42,606 bases of DNA from Octopus bimaculoides (lineage: Eukaryota), in NCBI RefSeq assembly GCF_001194135.2, contig NC_068981.1, positions 11,435,152-11,477,757 on the forward strand. Direction: 5' to 3'. Every line of letters begins with the position of its first letter. The stretch's first letter is position 1. The translations under genes were made by a program, and so were the position numbers. The notes under the pieces were generated by a model. It was given only the letters and a program-made list of their open reading frames with translations. It was not told the DNA's origin and ran no database searches. Below are positions 24,101 through 36,849 of the stretch, piece after piece.

Positions 24101-25084
24101 ACTGAAAATAATCGTGTCAACTCATCAAATACGAAAATATACTGTGAACTGACGAATAGTTAGAAGCCGTACTTTTAATTGCGTTTTCTTGTATTGTTTA
24201 AGCTGTGAACATTTTTGCGTAGCTATTAAATTCTTGCGATTTAAATTCATATTTCATGAGATCATAATTCAGTGTTGTATCTGTTTCGAATTAGAAGAAT
24301 GTATATAGATTAAATCTGATGCATATAAGCTGAGAATTGTTCACAATTCTGACCACTTAATAAATTTATCTGATTCCTTTAATCAAAGTAGACATCAAAA
24401 ATCTATGAGAAATACTTTTCATCTTCATCAATTATAAAACGTTAATTGCATAAGTGATTGATGGAAAGAGAAGGGGTACATATGAAGTTGTCAGAAGAGA
24501 GATAGTGTAAAGCAAATATACAATTTTCAATTAAGAATCAGTTCAGTATGTTAGAATATCCTTTATTCTTTTAACAACGATTGACATTCATTTACGATTA
24601 TCGGAGAATTGTTCAGGTGAAACTAAGTGAAGGAGAAATGGAAGGGAAAAGTTTTGCTGTTGAGACAATGCATTAACCGAATTATATCATATTTCTTAAT
24701 GGTCAGTTTTCCATGAAGATGCTCACTAGTCAAATCTAAAGTACGTTATCCTTTCATCAATCGAATACAAGTGGATATGAAAGCATACATTCTCCAGTTA
24801 TCGCCTGTGAATATTTTATGCCTGAAGTGAAAGAATTCAAGACAACACAGAGTTATTCTCCACTGTCACTTGGATAAACAAAATTAACAAAATATATTAA
24901 TGATGGGAATCCTTCGAATACATGTTTTGTATATATGTCACTGTAATAATGATACAAATCGTTTTAGTTCATTATCAGTATTCTGAACCACATTTACATA
25001 TTATTTCGTTCAATTTAATTAAGTACGTAAACGATAAAAAACTAAAATACCAGTAACAGGAATAATAATACACATTCTCTATAC

Positions 25085-25258
25085 CTTCTTTGCAACTTAC
25101 ACATTCTGTATCACTAGTTAATTTACTAAAACACCACTTCAGTTTTAGAGTATAATTTAACGAAATAAGTACGTTTCTTTTTCTTTCTACACAATTCTTA
25201 CATTCCAGAAGATGCAGGTTGTATGATTCAATGCAATGAAAACAATTTAATACGCAAG
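25085..25258 (-). CDS. Candidate Cys-rich (furin/EGF-like spacing) symmetric phase-1 exon
   Basis: Acceptor ttcttctgtaattgtttag at 25260-25259 and donor G|GTATAG at 25084. 174 nt, open frame CVLNCFHCIESYNLHLLECKNCVERKRNVLISLNYTLKLKWCFSKLTSDTECVSCKE(G) with 8 Cys. Confidence 0.35.
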
Positions 25259-25828
25259 CTAAACAATTACAGAAGAATTGCCTATTTTGCATTTATTTTC
25301 CTGATCAAGTTTATAATACATACAACGATATACGGAGGAAAGTTTTCAGACTTCGTACTGTTGAAGAAATAAAATAGAATACAATAGAAAAATATGTGCA
25401 TATTTAAAAATAATTGTTTCAGTTAGAACATACAACTCTTGCAAAGAAATATAACATCAATATTTAATTTGGAGTTATTTTGAGACTTCCACAACCACAA
25501 GGAGTTGTAGAAGAGGAGCTGTAAACGACAGCCAGGCCACCGTTCGAATCTTGTCTGCGACGTTTGAACCGTCGATCAAAAGACAAACTATGCTGTATTC
25601 TATGTCTCTCATAAATCTTACGCCGGTATAAGAATGAATTAGTTACTGAGTGCGATTGCGACTGAGACTTTAGAATCTTGAAAGGAGTCTAGAGATACGA
25701 TATATTTTAGCGTTGAAATAGTTATCATATCGAATACGACTACTTCAGTATTTCTGTTGCAAAATTTAAGTTTGGAGTGTATTTTACGCATTCCTAATAC
25801 CGTCATATAGGAACATGCAGATGCATGC

Positions 25829-25866
<38 letters not shown>

Positions 25867-26256
25867 ACACATATTCCTTTCCACCATGAAGTTTGTCACC
25901 AGGTCTTAATTAAAGTTCTGGATTAACAACTTAACTAAATGATAATATAATTTAATTTAAATTATATTACTTTATTTCTTTACTCAAACAAAAGCTTCTG
26001 CAACAGTTAATAACATTATACCAACTTACTACATTCAACGTATATAAGGTTTTCCGTTCCAAGGATTATAAGAAGAAATAAAATTCTAATTTGTAATTCA
26101 GAATGTTAGAATTTATCATTACATGGTAATGATATTGCAGATGTCAAACAAATTATAATAGAATAGCAGTAGTTAATATTGAGATTCAGCTGCTAATGAA
26201 ATATTCATTTCTTCTGATCAGGTGACTATTTATAACTTCCAGATATTATACCTGCA

Positions 26257-27006
26257 GGCGCAGGGGTGGCTTTGTGGTAAGTAGCTTCCTTACCAGGGGT
26301 TGGTCAACGTTTTTAGTTACCACTTCAGCAGTAAGATCAGGCTGGAGAAGAAGTACCTCTCACGTGAAAGATTCAGAAAAAGATGGTAGCTTGTGGAGAG
26401 AAAGGTGGGAGTAACTGGCACCAAGTGAGTGGTGCCACGGAAAGAAAGCAAAGGTTCTACTCTGGTATAGGATGCCATTCTTTCGTGTTAAATATTGGTT
26501 TAGCAATGTATTCATTTTAAATCTCATATGTATGATAAACACTATTAATTTTTAATCGTTTAAATCAACTTCACCCATTTTATGTTTGTCTATCCTTGTC
26601 CGTCCCTTCTATGTATTGACTTATGGCAAATATTATGAAATAAAGTAGCTTGCTTACCAACTACATGGTTCCAGGTTCCGTCCTACTGCATGGCACCTTG
26701 CGTGAGTGTCTTCTACTCTATCTCGGGCTGATCAAAACCTTGTGAGTGGATTTGGTGAGCGGAAGCTGGAGGAAGCATATATATATATATGTATGTATAT
26801 ATATATGTTTGTGGTCTGTGTTTGTCGCACCACCATCGCTTGACAACCGATGTTGGTGTGTTTACGTCCTGTAGCTTAGCGGTTCGGCAAAGAGTCCGAT
26901 AGGATAAATACTGGACTTACAAAGAATAAGTGCTGGGGTGGATTTGTTCGACTAAAAGCGGAGCTCCAGCATGACCGCAGTCAAATGACTGACACAAATA
27001 AAAGAA
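26257..27006 (+). mobile_element. CORE-type SINE with head separated from body by a ~350-bp insert
   Basis: Head ggcgcaggggtggctttgtggtaagtagcttccttacca (26257-26295); body resumes at aagtagcttgcttacca (26643) and runs to the gtcaaatgactgacacaaataaaaga tail. Confidence 0.85.
26294..26609. mobile_element. hAT-like MITE remnant
   Basis: Starts caggggttggtcaacgttttt; possible degenerate right TIR ttgtccgtcccttc (9/14 match to the reverse complement). Confidence 0.4.
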
Positions 27007-27719
27007 AAAATATTATATACCAAATATATCACGTATTTTTGCCATTACGATACAAGTCGACATATCCATCTAATTAATATATATATATATATATATATGT
27101 ACAATTTTTAAGTATATCTCTATACACGCACACACAGCACACAAACACAGACACATACACACACACGCACACACATATATTAGGCTTTAATTACTTTGAT
27201 ATAGATCAGGTATATCACGATCAAAATCATTAAATATTCTTGGGAATTTAAATTAAAGCTGTGTAAATTATTTTAAGGGGTAACACCCAAACTAATTAAA
27301 AATCTCCAAATATATACCACCTAAATCACATCTAAAATTTCTGCACACAACCTCTAGAAATGTTATCACTCACATAACACGTGCTGCCAGCATGAGCTAC
27401 CATAGTACGCTATTGAATTAAAAACTGAGAGCCCGTTCTGGTAATCCTCTACAACCACCGTAGAATTTGGAGCAATGAACGTCAAGTATACCTGCATCAA
27501 TGCATCTCATTGATCATAATCAATACGCCGCATCTAAGTGAAGAATCTTTTTCTATAGATACTATCCATATCAATTTGTGTTAGTATAATTGCATGGTAA
27601 ATATTCCTCACCAATGAAAACATCTACAACGGCAACAGTAAATCTTTATACCACCACAGATTGATATTGGTTAAGACGATAGGTACAAAAGAGAAATGTA
27701 CAATGTCCGTCTCTCTCCC

Positions 27720-27721
27720 TT

Positions 27722-27768
<47 letters not shown>

Positions 27769-27810
27769 TTCTCTCTCTTTACACACACATATGTTATATA
27801 TATATTTATA
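27720..27810. repeat. (CTGT)n/(CT)n/(TA)n microsatellite
   Basis: Direct reading. Confidence 0.9.
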
Positions 27811-28084
27811 TAGGTAGATTGTTAGAGAGATCTGGTACTAGATTGTCACGAAAAGAAACAACTCGAAAAGATGTAAGAAAATAAACTCAAGTATTGCATA
27901 TAGAGTAGGATTCCTGGATTCATTCGATTTTCAGTAGTTGAGGCTTACCTCTAATGTCACGTGTGTTTTCTTCTTTTTATTTAGGTTTCGCCCATAGAAT
28001 ATTTATTCTCAACCTGTTTCGAAAGATAAAAATGGAAACAAAACAGAAATATGTGATAATAGGTAACATAATTCCAGCAATGTA

Positions 28085-28121
<37 letters not shown>

Positions 28122-29228
28122 NNNNNNNNNNNNNNNNNNNNNNNNNNNNNNNNNNNNNNNNNNNNNNNNNNNNNNNNNNNNNNNNNNNNNNNNNNNNNNN
28201 NNNNNNNNNNNNNNNNNNNNNNNNNNNNNNNNNNNNNNNNNNNNNNNNNNNNNNNNNNNNNNNNNNNNNNNNNNNNNNNNNNNNNNNNNNNNNNNNNNNN
28301 NNNNNNNNNNNNNNNNNNNNNNNNNNNNNNNNNNNNNNNNNNNNNNNNNNNNNNNNNNNNNNNNNNNNNNNNNNNNNNNNNNNNNNNNNNNNNNNNNNNN
28401 NNNNNNNNNNATATATATATATATATATATATAACAACGCAGATTTGAAATGAAATATTTACTTTGGGAATTGCCTATTGAAAAAGAAAATGTGTTCGAT
28501 AACACAGAAATCTTTATCAACTAACTGTTACTCTCCGTCGTTTTTATGAAACTTTAGGGACACAAATAATACATACAATAGCGAAATAGATACGCAAGTA
28601 TCGAGTGTATTCTATAATCTTAAAAATATTATTGATGCAAAATTATCGTGTTTTCCTACGTTTTTATTCTTTTAAACTCCATCATTTTCCATTACTATTT
28701 AATCAGTAAAAGGAATGCATGCTGAAATCGCAAAAAGACTTCTTTAAATATTGATAACATTGAACTATTTTAAACAGATACTAAAAATCATTTCCTATCA
28801 GAATATATTGATCGTAATAGATAGAGTTTTAGAAGGATTTGTTGCATATTTCAAGTAGATATGAGAGTTTTAATTGTACAAACGTCATCGCTATAAAGTC
28901 TTAATGCAAGTAACCTATATAAGTCTATTCTCAATCATATACACCAAAACCTGACCATATACATACAAGGATAAATGCGAACATACATATTTGTATTATG
29001 TATATCCATGCAAATGTATGTATATATAAGTGAGTGTGTGCGCGCGTGTCAGTGCTTATGAGTATATTTTCTCTGGATCGTGTGTCCTAACATTGATAAC
29101 TCGAGCATGATGTAGGTTTTTGTGTATTGAATGCTCCTCGGAGCACTAATGCGTAAGTTGGCGTGCATCACTCACTCACACACAAAGATCAAACCCAACA
29201 AAAATCAAGACAAAACAACTAGCACTCT

Positions 29229-29510
29229 GTTACAACAACGTGAATTCCAGTTGATCCGTTAAACGAAACACCCGGTCGTGAAATCAACGTGCAAGTGGCA
29301 TGAACACTCGAAAGACACGCGTAAAACAGCCCTCCCTGTCGGATTCTGTGTCCAAATATCGTGTCCTATGATTTAGGATGACACAGAATGTAGCAAGGCT
29401 AGCCATTTGAAAATCAAGTACTACTCATTTTGTTTTTCCAGCTGAGTGAACTGGAGCACAGTGAAATAAAATGGCTCGCTGAAGGGCACAACACACCGGC
29501 GGGTATCTGA
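29229..29510 (-). mobile_element. Old SINE: CORE-like 5' part joined to the 3' module of the 10334 SINE
   Basis: gaattccagttgatccgttaaacgaaacacccggtcgtgaaatcaacgtgcaagtggc resembles the reverse complement of 10625-10685; gagtgaactggagcacagtgaaataaaatggctcgctgaagggcacaac is CORE-like. Confidence 0.7.
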
Positions 29511-31039
29511 TGCAAGCACTTTCATTGATTTAAGTGTTGGTGTGTTTCCTTGCAAATGTTACTCATTTTAATTTACTCTCAGCGACTATTGCTTAACTAT
29601 GTCTTCTTTTTATTTATCTTTTTCTATTGTACCATTCTTCTCGTTCTCATTTCACTAATTTCCATAACCATTTTCCTTATCTCATAGGCCCCTCTACTGT
29701 TGTTGCTGTGAAAACGGGAAACCTTAATCTGTATTTTACTTTTGTTGATCTTATCATTTAATATCGTGTATTAATGTCATGATTTCGTATTGTACCTGAT
29801 TGTGAGTTTTGAGAGAAGTCCCTGGAATCAGGCTTATATGTAAATAACCTCGAATTAAGACCTCAAGCTTCAGAACATATTCCCCTTTAAATATGACTTG
29901 ATACGAAATCTCAGAAATATAATTGCGACACAAGTACATAGAAAATGAGAAATAGAATATATAAGAATTTCTGATGTTAGTTTTTTTTTTCCAGGTACTA
30001 ACTCATACACACACACACTCACGCACATACACACGCACGCACACATACAAATATATATATGAAACAAAAAATTAAAGAAAGCTGTGAGCGTTTGCTGATT
30101 CAAATAAAAGTAACTAAGTAAACTTATACAATGTTTCAAAAATAAAATTTTCAGAGAATTCTATTTTTCAAGTGTAAAATAACATTCGAATTCAGTTTCC
30201 ATATTTGCTCATGTTTTCTGCATTAAAAAAAAGAAAATTAAAAAAATAAAAATTGGACCATCTTCTGTTTTCGATACAACCGTTCTGAATGGCTGAATAT
30301 TCCCTGTCGAGTGAAAATTGTCAGCATTTTCAAAATAAATAGTTCGGAATTATATTGAATTCATGTAATTATATTTATTTTGTGTGTTAATGTCTCCGTT
30401 ACTGTGCGGGTTCTTGCACGTTATAAAAGAGATTTCAAAAGTTACAAAGAACAAGCACCTTCTGTGCATACAGTCAATCGATCTATATTCTATATTTTCC
30501 TTTCAAAATTAAGAAACTCATTGAAATGAATTTAAAGAGTTAAACTCCATGGATTCTCAAAATTCCTATTAACCAATAATAATATCCTTTATGCAAGCAG
30601 GTCTATTGGAAATCTGAAGGAATATTTCCAATATTTAAATTCTGCAATTATTTGGCTTCAGTATTTCTTTACAACGGATTTTAATAATAATGTTTGTTTT
30701 TTTTTTAATCTATTCAGACGCTGTGCAGACGAGCGTATTTTTAATACGGCTAAAAATATATGAAACACTTCAGTACATTCTTTTTACTCCGGTACCCACA
30801 GATATATCGAAAACTTTGCATTACTGTTCAATATTCTTCAAATTTATAAAGATTCCTATTGAAGTAGATAATATTTTTTTCTACAAAACTACAGCAATAT
30901 CTACGAATTTAGTCATAAAACAACAGAACCGACTTTTAAATAGAAACAATAACAATAATGACACATGATAGACAACGACAGCTTTGTAAGGCGGAAAAAG
31001 AACCCCTCTGAAAGTTAAAAGATGGACTAATATCATGGA

Positions 31040-31720
31040 ATATTAGAAACGATGGCTCGTAAGGAGGCTAAAAGGAAAAAAGTACTGTTAGAGGATGAAA
31101 AGATAATTAAACTAGGAGAATTTTTTTCAGCTTCACAATTAACTTCACAGTATTAAATTACTGAGGACCACAGTAAGATAAGAATGGGCTCAATATGCCG
31201 CAACATGATACTGTAGATGTTCAATAATTCCGTTTTGACAGCAATGACGTGGGAAGACTGGATTCTACAAACACAGCAAGAAGAAAAGAAATCGTTATAG
31301 AAGTAAATCATTAATCAGCTGGCGGTTATGTTGCTATGTAACTGGCTGCAAGTTACCGACCAGCCAAGAGAAGTATATTAATAATCAATAACAAATCTAA
31401 TGACATGCACAGACTGAAATTTTCGAATAGAAATATCTCAACAAAACAGAATAGCAAGGTTCTTTCTGTGAATCACACTCATGGGGCCATGTTCTCTTTA
31501 ATAAATGAGTGAAAAATGAATGTATATCATACGTTTGACAAATTATGCAGAGACAAACAAAACGAGAATACTAATGCTTTTAAATTTGGCAGATTGAAAG
31601 ATCTATTTGCATGATGTATTGCAATATCAACTTCAAAATACGTATGGAAGATATGAATCGGGATAGAAACACCGCATCGTATTACAGTCATTAGAACATC
31701 AGCGAATATATATGAACAGC
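31040..31720 (+). mobile_element. Probable hAT (ZMYM1-like) transposase N-terminal relic
   Basis: MARKEAKRKKVLLEDEKIIKLGEFFS; DSNDVG; decayed TTF-zinc-finger-like (W)KH....H.N.S.. segment; very decayed. Confidence 0.38.
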
Positions 31721-32059
31721 GACACAACTGCACCGGAGCTTGAAGTAGTGTTTTCCCATTGCGGAAAAGAAAATGTTACTGGAAAGTGTTAGGCAACAAA
31801 GTATTTATATACTTATATAAATAGATATATTTGTGTATATATAAGTAAAAAGTTTGAGGGTTCCCAGCCCGGGATATATCACTTATCACTGGAGAGCATT
31901 AGTTATCATTTTCATAGTAGTAGTAGTATAGAATAAACAGAAGCTATACTTTATTTTATTTACATTATCTTCTACCTTAAACCTCTCACACTGTATACAC
32001 TCACACTGTATATACACTCTCTCACACACACATACATTCATTCATACATACACACACGC

Positions 32060-32098
<39 letters not shown>

Positions 32099-32102
<4 letters not shown>

Positions 32103-32330
32103 GGGAAAATTCACGAAAGAACAACAGATGAAGATAGGTGGTGTAGAGAACAAATGGATGTATTAGTATAACGCTCGGGAATAGAGAAAGTCTTTAACGC
32201 TTTGAGCCTATGCTCTTCAACAGAAAGCAACACAGAAAGAAACAAGGAGAGAAACGAGGAGGAAAAAAAAATATGTGTAGTAGTCAGCGATCTATCATGG
32301 CGAAATGTTATTGTGCGAGTTCTTGCACGT
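32099..32330 (-). mobile_element. Short PLE pseudo-LTR-like unit with a decayed minimal hammerhead, embedded in (TA)n
   Basis: Reverse complement gctttctgttgaagagcataggctcaaagcgttaaagactttctctattcccgagcgttatactaatacatcc aligns with 11770-11845; (TA)n on both flanks. Confidence 0.68.
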
Positions 32331-33721
32331 TATATATATATATATACACATATGTATATATATATATAATTATATGTGTGCAAACGTGCATATATATATA
32401 TGCGTACATGTGTTATATATACACGATATGTAAACGCATATGTGCGCACGCACACACACTCGCATGCGCATATNNNNNNNNNNNNNNNNNNNNNNNNNNN
32501 NNNNNNNNNNNNNNNNNNNNNNNNNNNNNNNNNNNNNNNNNNNNNNNNNNNNNNNNNNNNNNNNNNNNNNNNNNNNNNNNNNNNNNNNNNNNNNNNNNNN
32601 NNNNNNNNNNNNNNNNNNNNNNNNNNNNNNNNNNNNNNNNNNNNNNNNNNNNNNNNNNNNNNNNNNNNNNNNNNNNNNNNNNNNNNNNNNNNNNNNNNNN
32701 NNNNNNNNNNNNNNNNNNNNNNNNNNNNNNNNNNNNNNNNNNNNNNNNNNNNNNNNNNNNNNNNNNNNNNNNNNNNNNNNNNNNNNNNNNNNNNNNNNNN
32801 NNNNNNNNNNNNNNNNNNNNNNNNNNNNNNNNNNNNNNNNNNNNNNNNNNNNNNNNNNNNNNNNNNNNNNNNNNNNNNNNNNNNNNNNNNNNAAAGGGAA
32901 GCTATCCCTCCCATCCCGATCTAGATATATGTATATCTAACTGTCGGTGAATTATATCAAAACTGGCGAAAATTTCGTGTACACTTCGAACGATGCCGAC
33001 TCACCATTCTACAACCTCTTACAGACTCTCCCTTGCAGCATCTGCCTCTAGAAATTCAATGAACCAGTGAAACTCTTTTGAACACCTGCAATTACCAAAG
33101 GTATAATTCAGAAATTGCGATATAAAAATAAATAAATAAATAAATATCATAGATCTTACACAGCCTTTATATTTCTGAAACATTCCATTCTATTCCTTTA
33201 TGATTTCCCATACATTTTGCCTACGATGTGTGTAACAGAATATCTACATACAAAATATAAATTTTTCAGCATATACTTTGGATAGAGAGGTTCTTTCTTG
33301 GAAGCATTTCTAATTTGTCCTTCATAAGGTTTGTTATTTCCATGCAGCAGCTATTTGGCTTCTACCCATGTACTCATTTCAGTTTCACCAAATATCGAAT
33401 TTCTTAAGAGATAGTTCTTATGAACAAAACAGATATAAGCCGTGTGCATATGTTGTGATAGAAAAAATTCACATTTGATAGGAATACATTTTAAAACATT
33501 CGTGTCAATGACTTGAAATTACACTGTTTTCTTCGGACGAACCCCTCCTAATCTTTATAATGACATTCTTAAAATGAGAGATACTTACATGCATACATGC
33601 TAACATATATATATACATACACACAAACACACATATTTATATATACACGTATATACGTCTGTGCGCGCGTCTATGCACAATTGTGTATATATATACACAT
33701 ATATGAATATAAGCATACATA

Positions 33722-34588
33722 CGAGGTGTAACCAACCGGAACCGGAATTTTACAATGTTATTTCATTCTCTTAGATTTACTTGTTTACACACTTATCGCC
33801 TTCAGAATATTTTCTATTTGATGCAACGCTTCGCTTCAGACGCGTTTTCCGCAGTTGGAAGCAGTGCTGAAATTCATGCGAAGGGATGTCTTTTAAGGCC
33901 TCCGTCGTGTTCTGTTCACCTCTTACACATCTGCTAATTCCGTAGCACAAGCCTTATCACATTTGATGACCTTCGAAAAAAGATACAGATCCTCTATTAC
34001 TTGTTCTTTCAGTTCATGGCACGCATTCAGTCGTGACAGATTTTGATCTTCCGTGAGCAGGTAAAGAACAAATTCTGCTGCAACCCTTTTCAATCGTAAT
34101 TCCTCTTCAAAATTCGGTGGCGGGAGCTCCAGGACATACCAATTATAACAACAAGTTTGTGAATTGTACAATGACGCTCCACCAAGATCAATTTTCATGA
34201 TGTTTTCATTCGTTCGGCAGGTCGACAGTTGTCCTGAACGATGTTGGTCTTCAAACTATAAGTGAGAATTCCTAAAGCGTAGCAATCACTGTTTTGCACA
34301 TGGCAGCTTCCTCGTAGGCTCTCTGAAGCATGACAACTGTTTCCGCCGCTGTGTGTCCCAGCAGAAAGCAGAATTTCACAGAATTACGCTGTTCCTTTGT
34401 TACTGGCATCGCAAAAATCGACTAACACGGGAAAAAGTACTTCAAAATAAAGACACACCACGTAGCACCAGGAGAGTACCGGAGGACGCTGGAAGCAGAG
34501 AAATGACTGATGGTCGCATACAGTGGTTCCTTGGAGCGGAAACCCGAACAACAGAGAATATTTCCGGTTACTTTTAGGTGCACCTTTG
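33722..34588 (-). mobile_element. Internally deleted mariner element with TIRs and TA TSDs
   Basis: TA|cgaggtgtaaccaaccggaaccggaa ... ttccggttacttttaggtgcacctttg|TA; EQRNSVKFCFLLGHTAAETVVMLQRAYEEAAM; RVAAEFVLYLLTEDQNLSRLNACHELKEQ...FSKVIKCD; jumps to TTEALKDIPSHEFQHCFQLRKTRLKRSVASNRKYSEGD. Confidence 0.9.
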
Positions 34589-34591
34589 TAC

Positions 34592-34639
34592 ATCTATCCA
34601 TCTATCCATCTCTCTCTCTCTCTCTCTCTATCTATCTAA

Positions 34640-34696
<57 letters not shown>

Positions 34697-34815
34697 NNNN
34701 NNNNNNNNNNNNNNNNNNNNNNNNNNNNNNNNNNNNNNNNNNNNNNNNNNNNNNNNNNNNNNNNNNNNNNNNNNNNNNNNNNNNNNNNNNNNNNNNNNNN
34801 NNNNNNNNNNNNNNN

Positions 34816-34863
<48 letters not shown>

Positions 34864-34930
34864 TATATAGGTATATATATATATATATGTATATATGTAT
34901 ATATAGATATACATATATGTATATATTAAT
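34592..34930. repeat. (CTAT)n and (TA)n microsatellites around a gap
   Basis: Direct reading. Confidence 0.9.
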
Positions 34931-36267
34931 AGAATGAAGAAGTCATGCTTCATCGTTCGCAGTTCAACACGCGTCTATCTTGCCGTTGGGACGATAGCGG
35001 CAAATCATGTATATTCATATATATAGAAACATAGATATAGGGAAAGTTGCAGTTCAAAAACTGATCTCCTTGCGTGTTGAATGATCAATGGTTAAATAAA
35101 ACATCGGAAATTCTCATTGATACGAAATGTTGTAAGGCGGGCAAAATGAATTATGCCTATTAAAATAGGCGTGGTTAGCATGGTTAATACAGGACTAGTT
35201 TCATGTTTACTGTACAAACTAAATATATCAAGTTTAAAAAAATAATTTAACTTAAATTTATTACATACTACATTTTTCTTCAGGTGTAAATTCCATATTT
35301 TGTGAAAAGATATGCATAACTTTATAATATATACACCTTCATTCATCCACATTAATTCGTGATACAAGGTACAGAATATTTAATAGTTAAAGACAAAGAA
35401 GTCAAGCTTATTCGTTCACAGTTCAAAACGCTTCTAACTATGTATATANNNNNNNNNNATATATATATACATAATTTGCCGCTATCGGCCCAACGGCAAT
35501 TTAGAAAATTGCTTAACTGTGAACAAAGAAGTATGGCTTCATTCTCTTTAAGTATTTTGTAATATTGTGTACCTTGAATTAAGAATTGATGCGGATGCAT
35601 GAAGATAAATATATTTCAAAGTTATGCATAGTCTTTCACAAAATATGGAGTTTACAGCTGAAGAATGTAGTGTGTACTAAATTCAAGTCAAATTAGTGTT
35701 TTTAAATTGATCTATTTAGTTTGTACATTAAACATGAAACTACTTCTGTATTAATCACGCTAGCCTTAAAATAAGCTGAATTCATTTCGCTCGACTTACA
35801 TCATTTCGTATCAAGGAGAATTGTCGATATAGATAGATTCTCGGCTTAACTTTCTCTGTCATGGTGAATCCGACGATCACACGCTATACACGTTCCTTCC
35901 AAGCACTGCTGTAAACAGCGAAATTAAATTAAGTGCTGATGTATAACAGAGTTCAAGGTTATTTTCTGCCAAGCAGCTTTACTCTTCGCGCTTAAAGCTA
36001 CGTTACTATAGCTACAGTCGGATGCTTATTGATCAGACGACGTGCAGCAGCACAGTCCGCCCATGTCACACTCCACTTCCTGCTCCTCCCCACACATAAC
36101 TGAACAACCACTTTTATAACTACTGCTTTTACCAAATGTCCTGAAGAAAAGGTCTTCACCCCAAAATATAGAAGTACAAATAAAACAGCATTTTGCTCTG
36201 CTTTCTTACCTTTTGTAATTTAATTTGTTCCGGCGTTACACAACAACCTTCTTTACTCCACACACAA

Positions 36268-36302
<35 letters not shown>

Positions 36303-36849
36303 CATACATACATACATACATACATATNNNNNNNNNNNNNNNNNNNNNNNNNNNNNNNNNNNNNNNNNNNNNNNNNNNNNNNNNNNNNNNNNNNNNNNNN
36401 NNNNNNNNNNNNNNNNNNNNNNNNNNNNNNNNNNNNNNNNNNNNNNNNNNNNNNNNNNNNNNNNNNNNNNNNNNNNNNNNNNNNNNNNNNNNNNNNNNNN
36501 NNNNNNNNNNNNNNNNNNNNNNNNNNNNNNNNNNNNNNNNNNNNNNNNNNNNNNNNNNNNNNNNNNNNNNNNNNNNNNNNNNNNNNNNNNNNNNNNNNNN
36601 NNNNNNNNNNNNNNNNNNNNNNNNNNNNNNNTATATATATATATATATTCATACATACATATATATATATATATACCTATATACATATGTATGTATTCAT
36701 ACATATATATATGTATATATACACACTAATACACACACACACACACACACGCACGCACACATATATATATATAAACACAAAAATAAGAAACGCGATGATG
36801 TAGTACATGTAAAGTAGTGGCAGACGCCCAGGGTAGGAAAGGAAGGTGG

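Noticed and set aside
30690-30968. 92-aa ORF with a strong plus-strand acceptor at ~30716
   Set aside because: No homology recognised and no convincing donor; may be part of the adjacent decayed transposon
35980-36250. Promoter-like cluster (GC box, CACTTCCTG, TTTATAA) and a minus-strand AAG|GTAAGA donor at 36210
   Set aside because: Short motifs arise by chance, their orientations are inconsistent, and no transcript evidence is available
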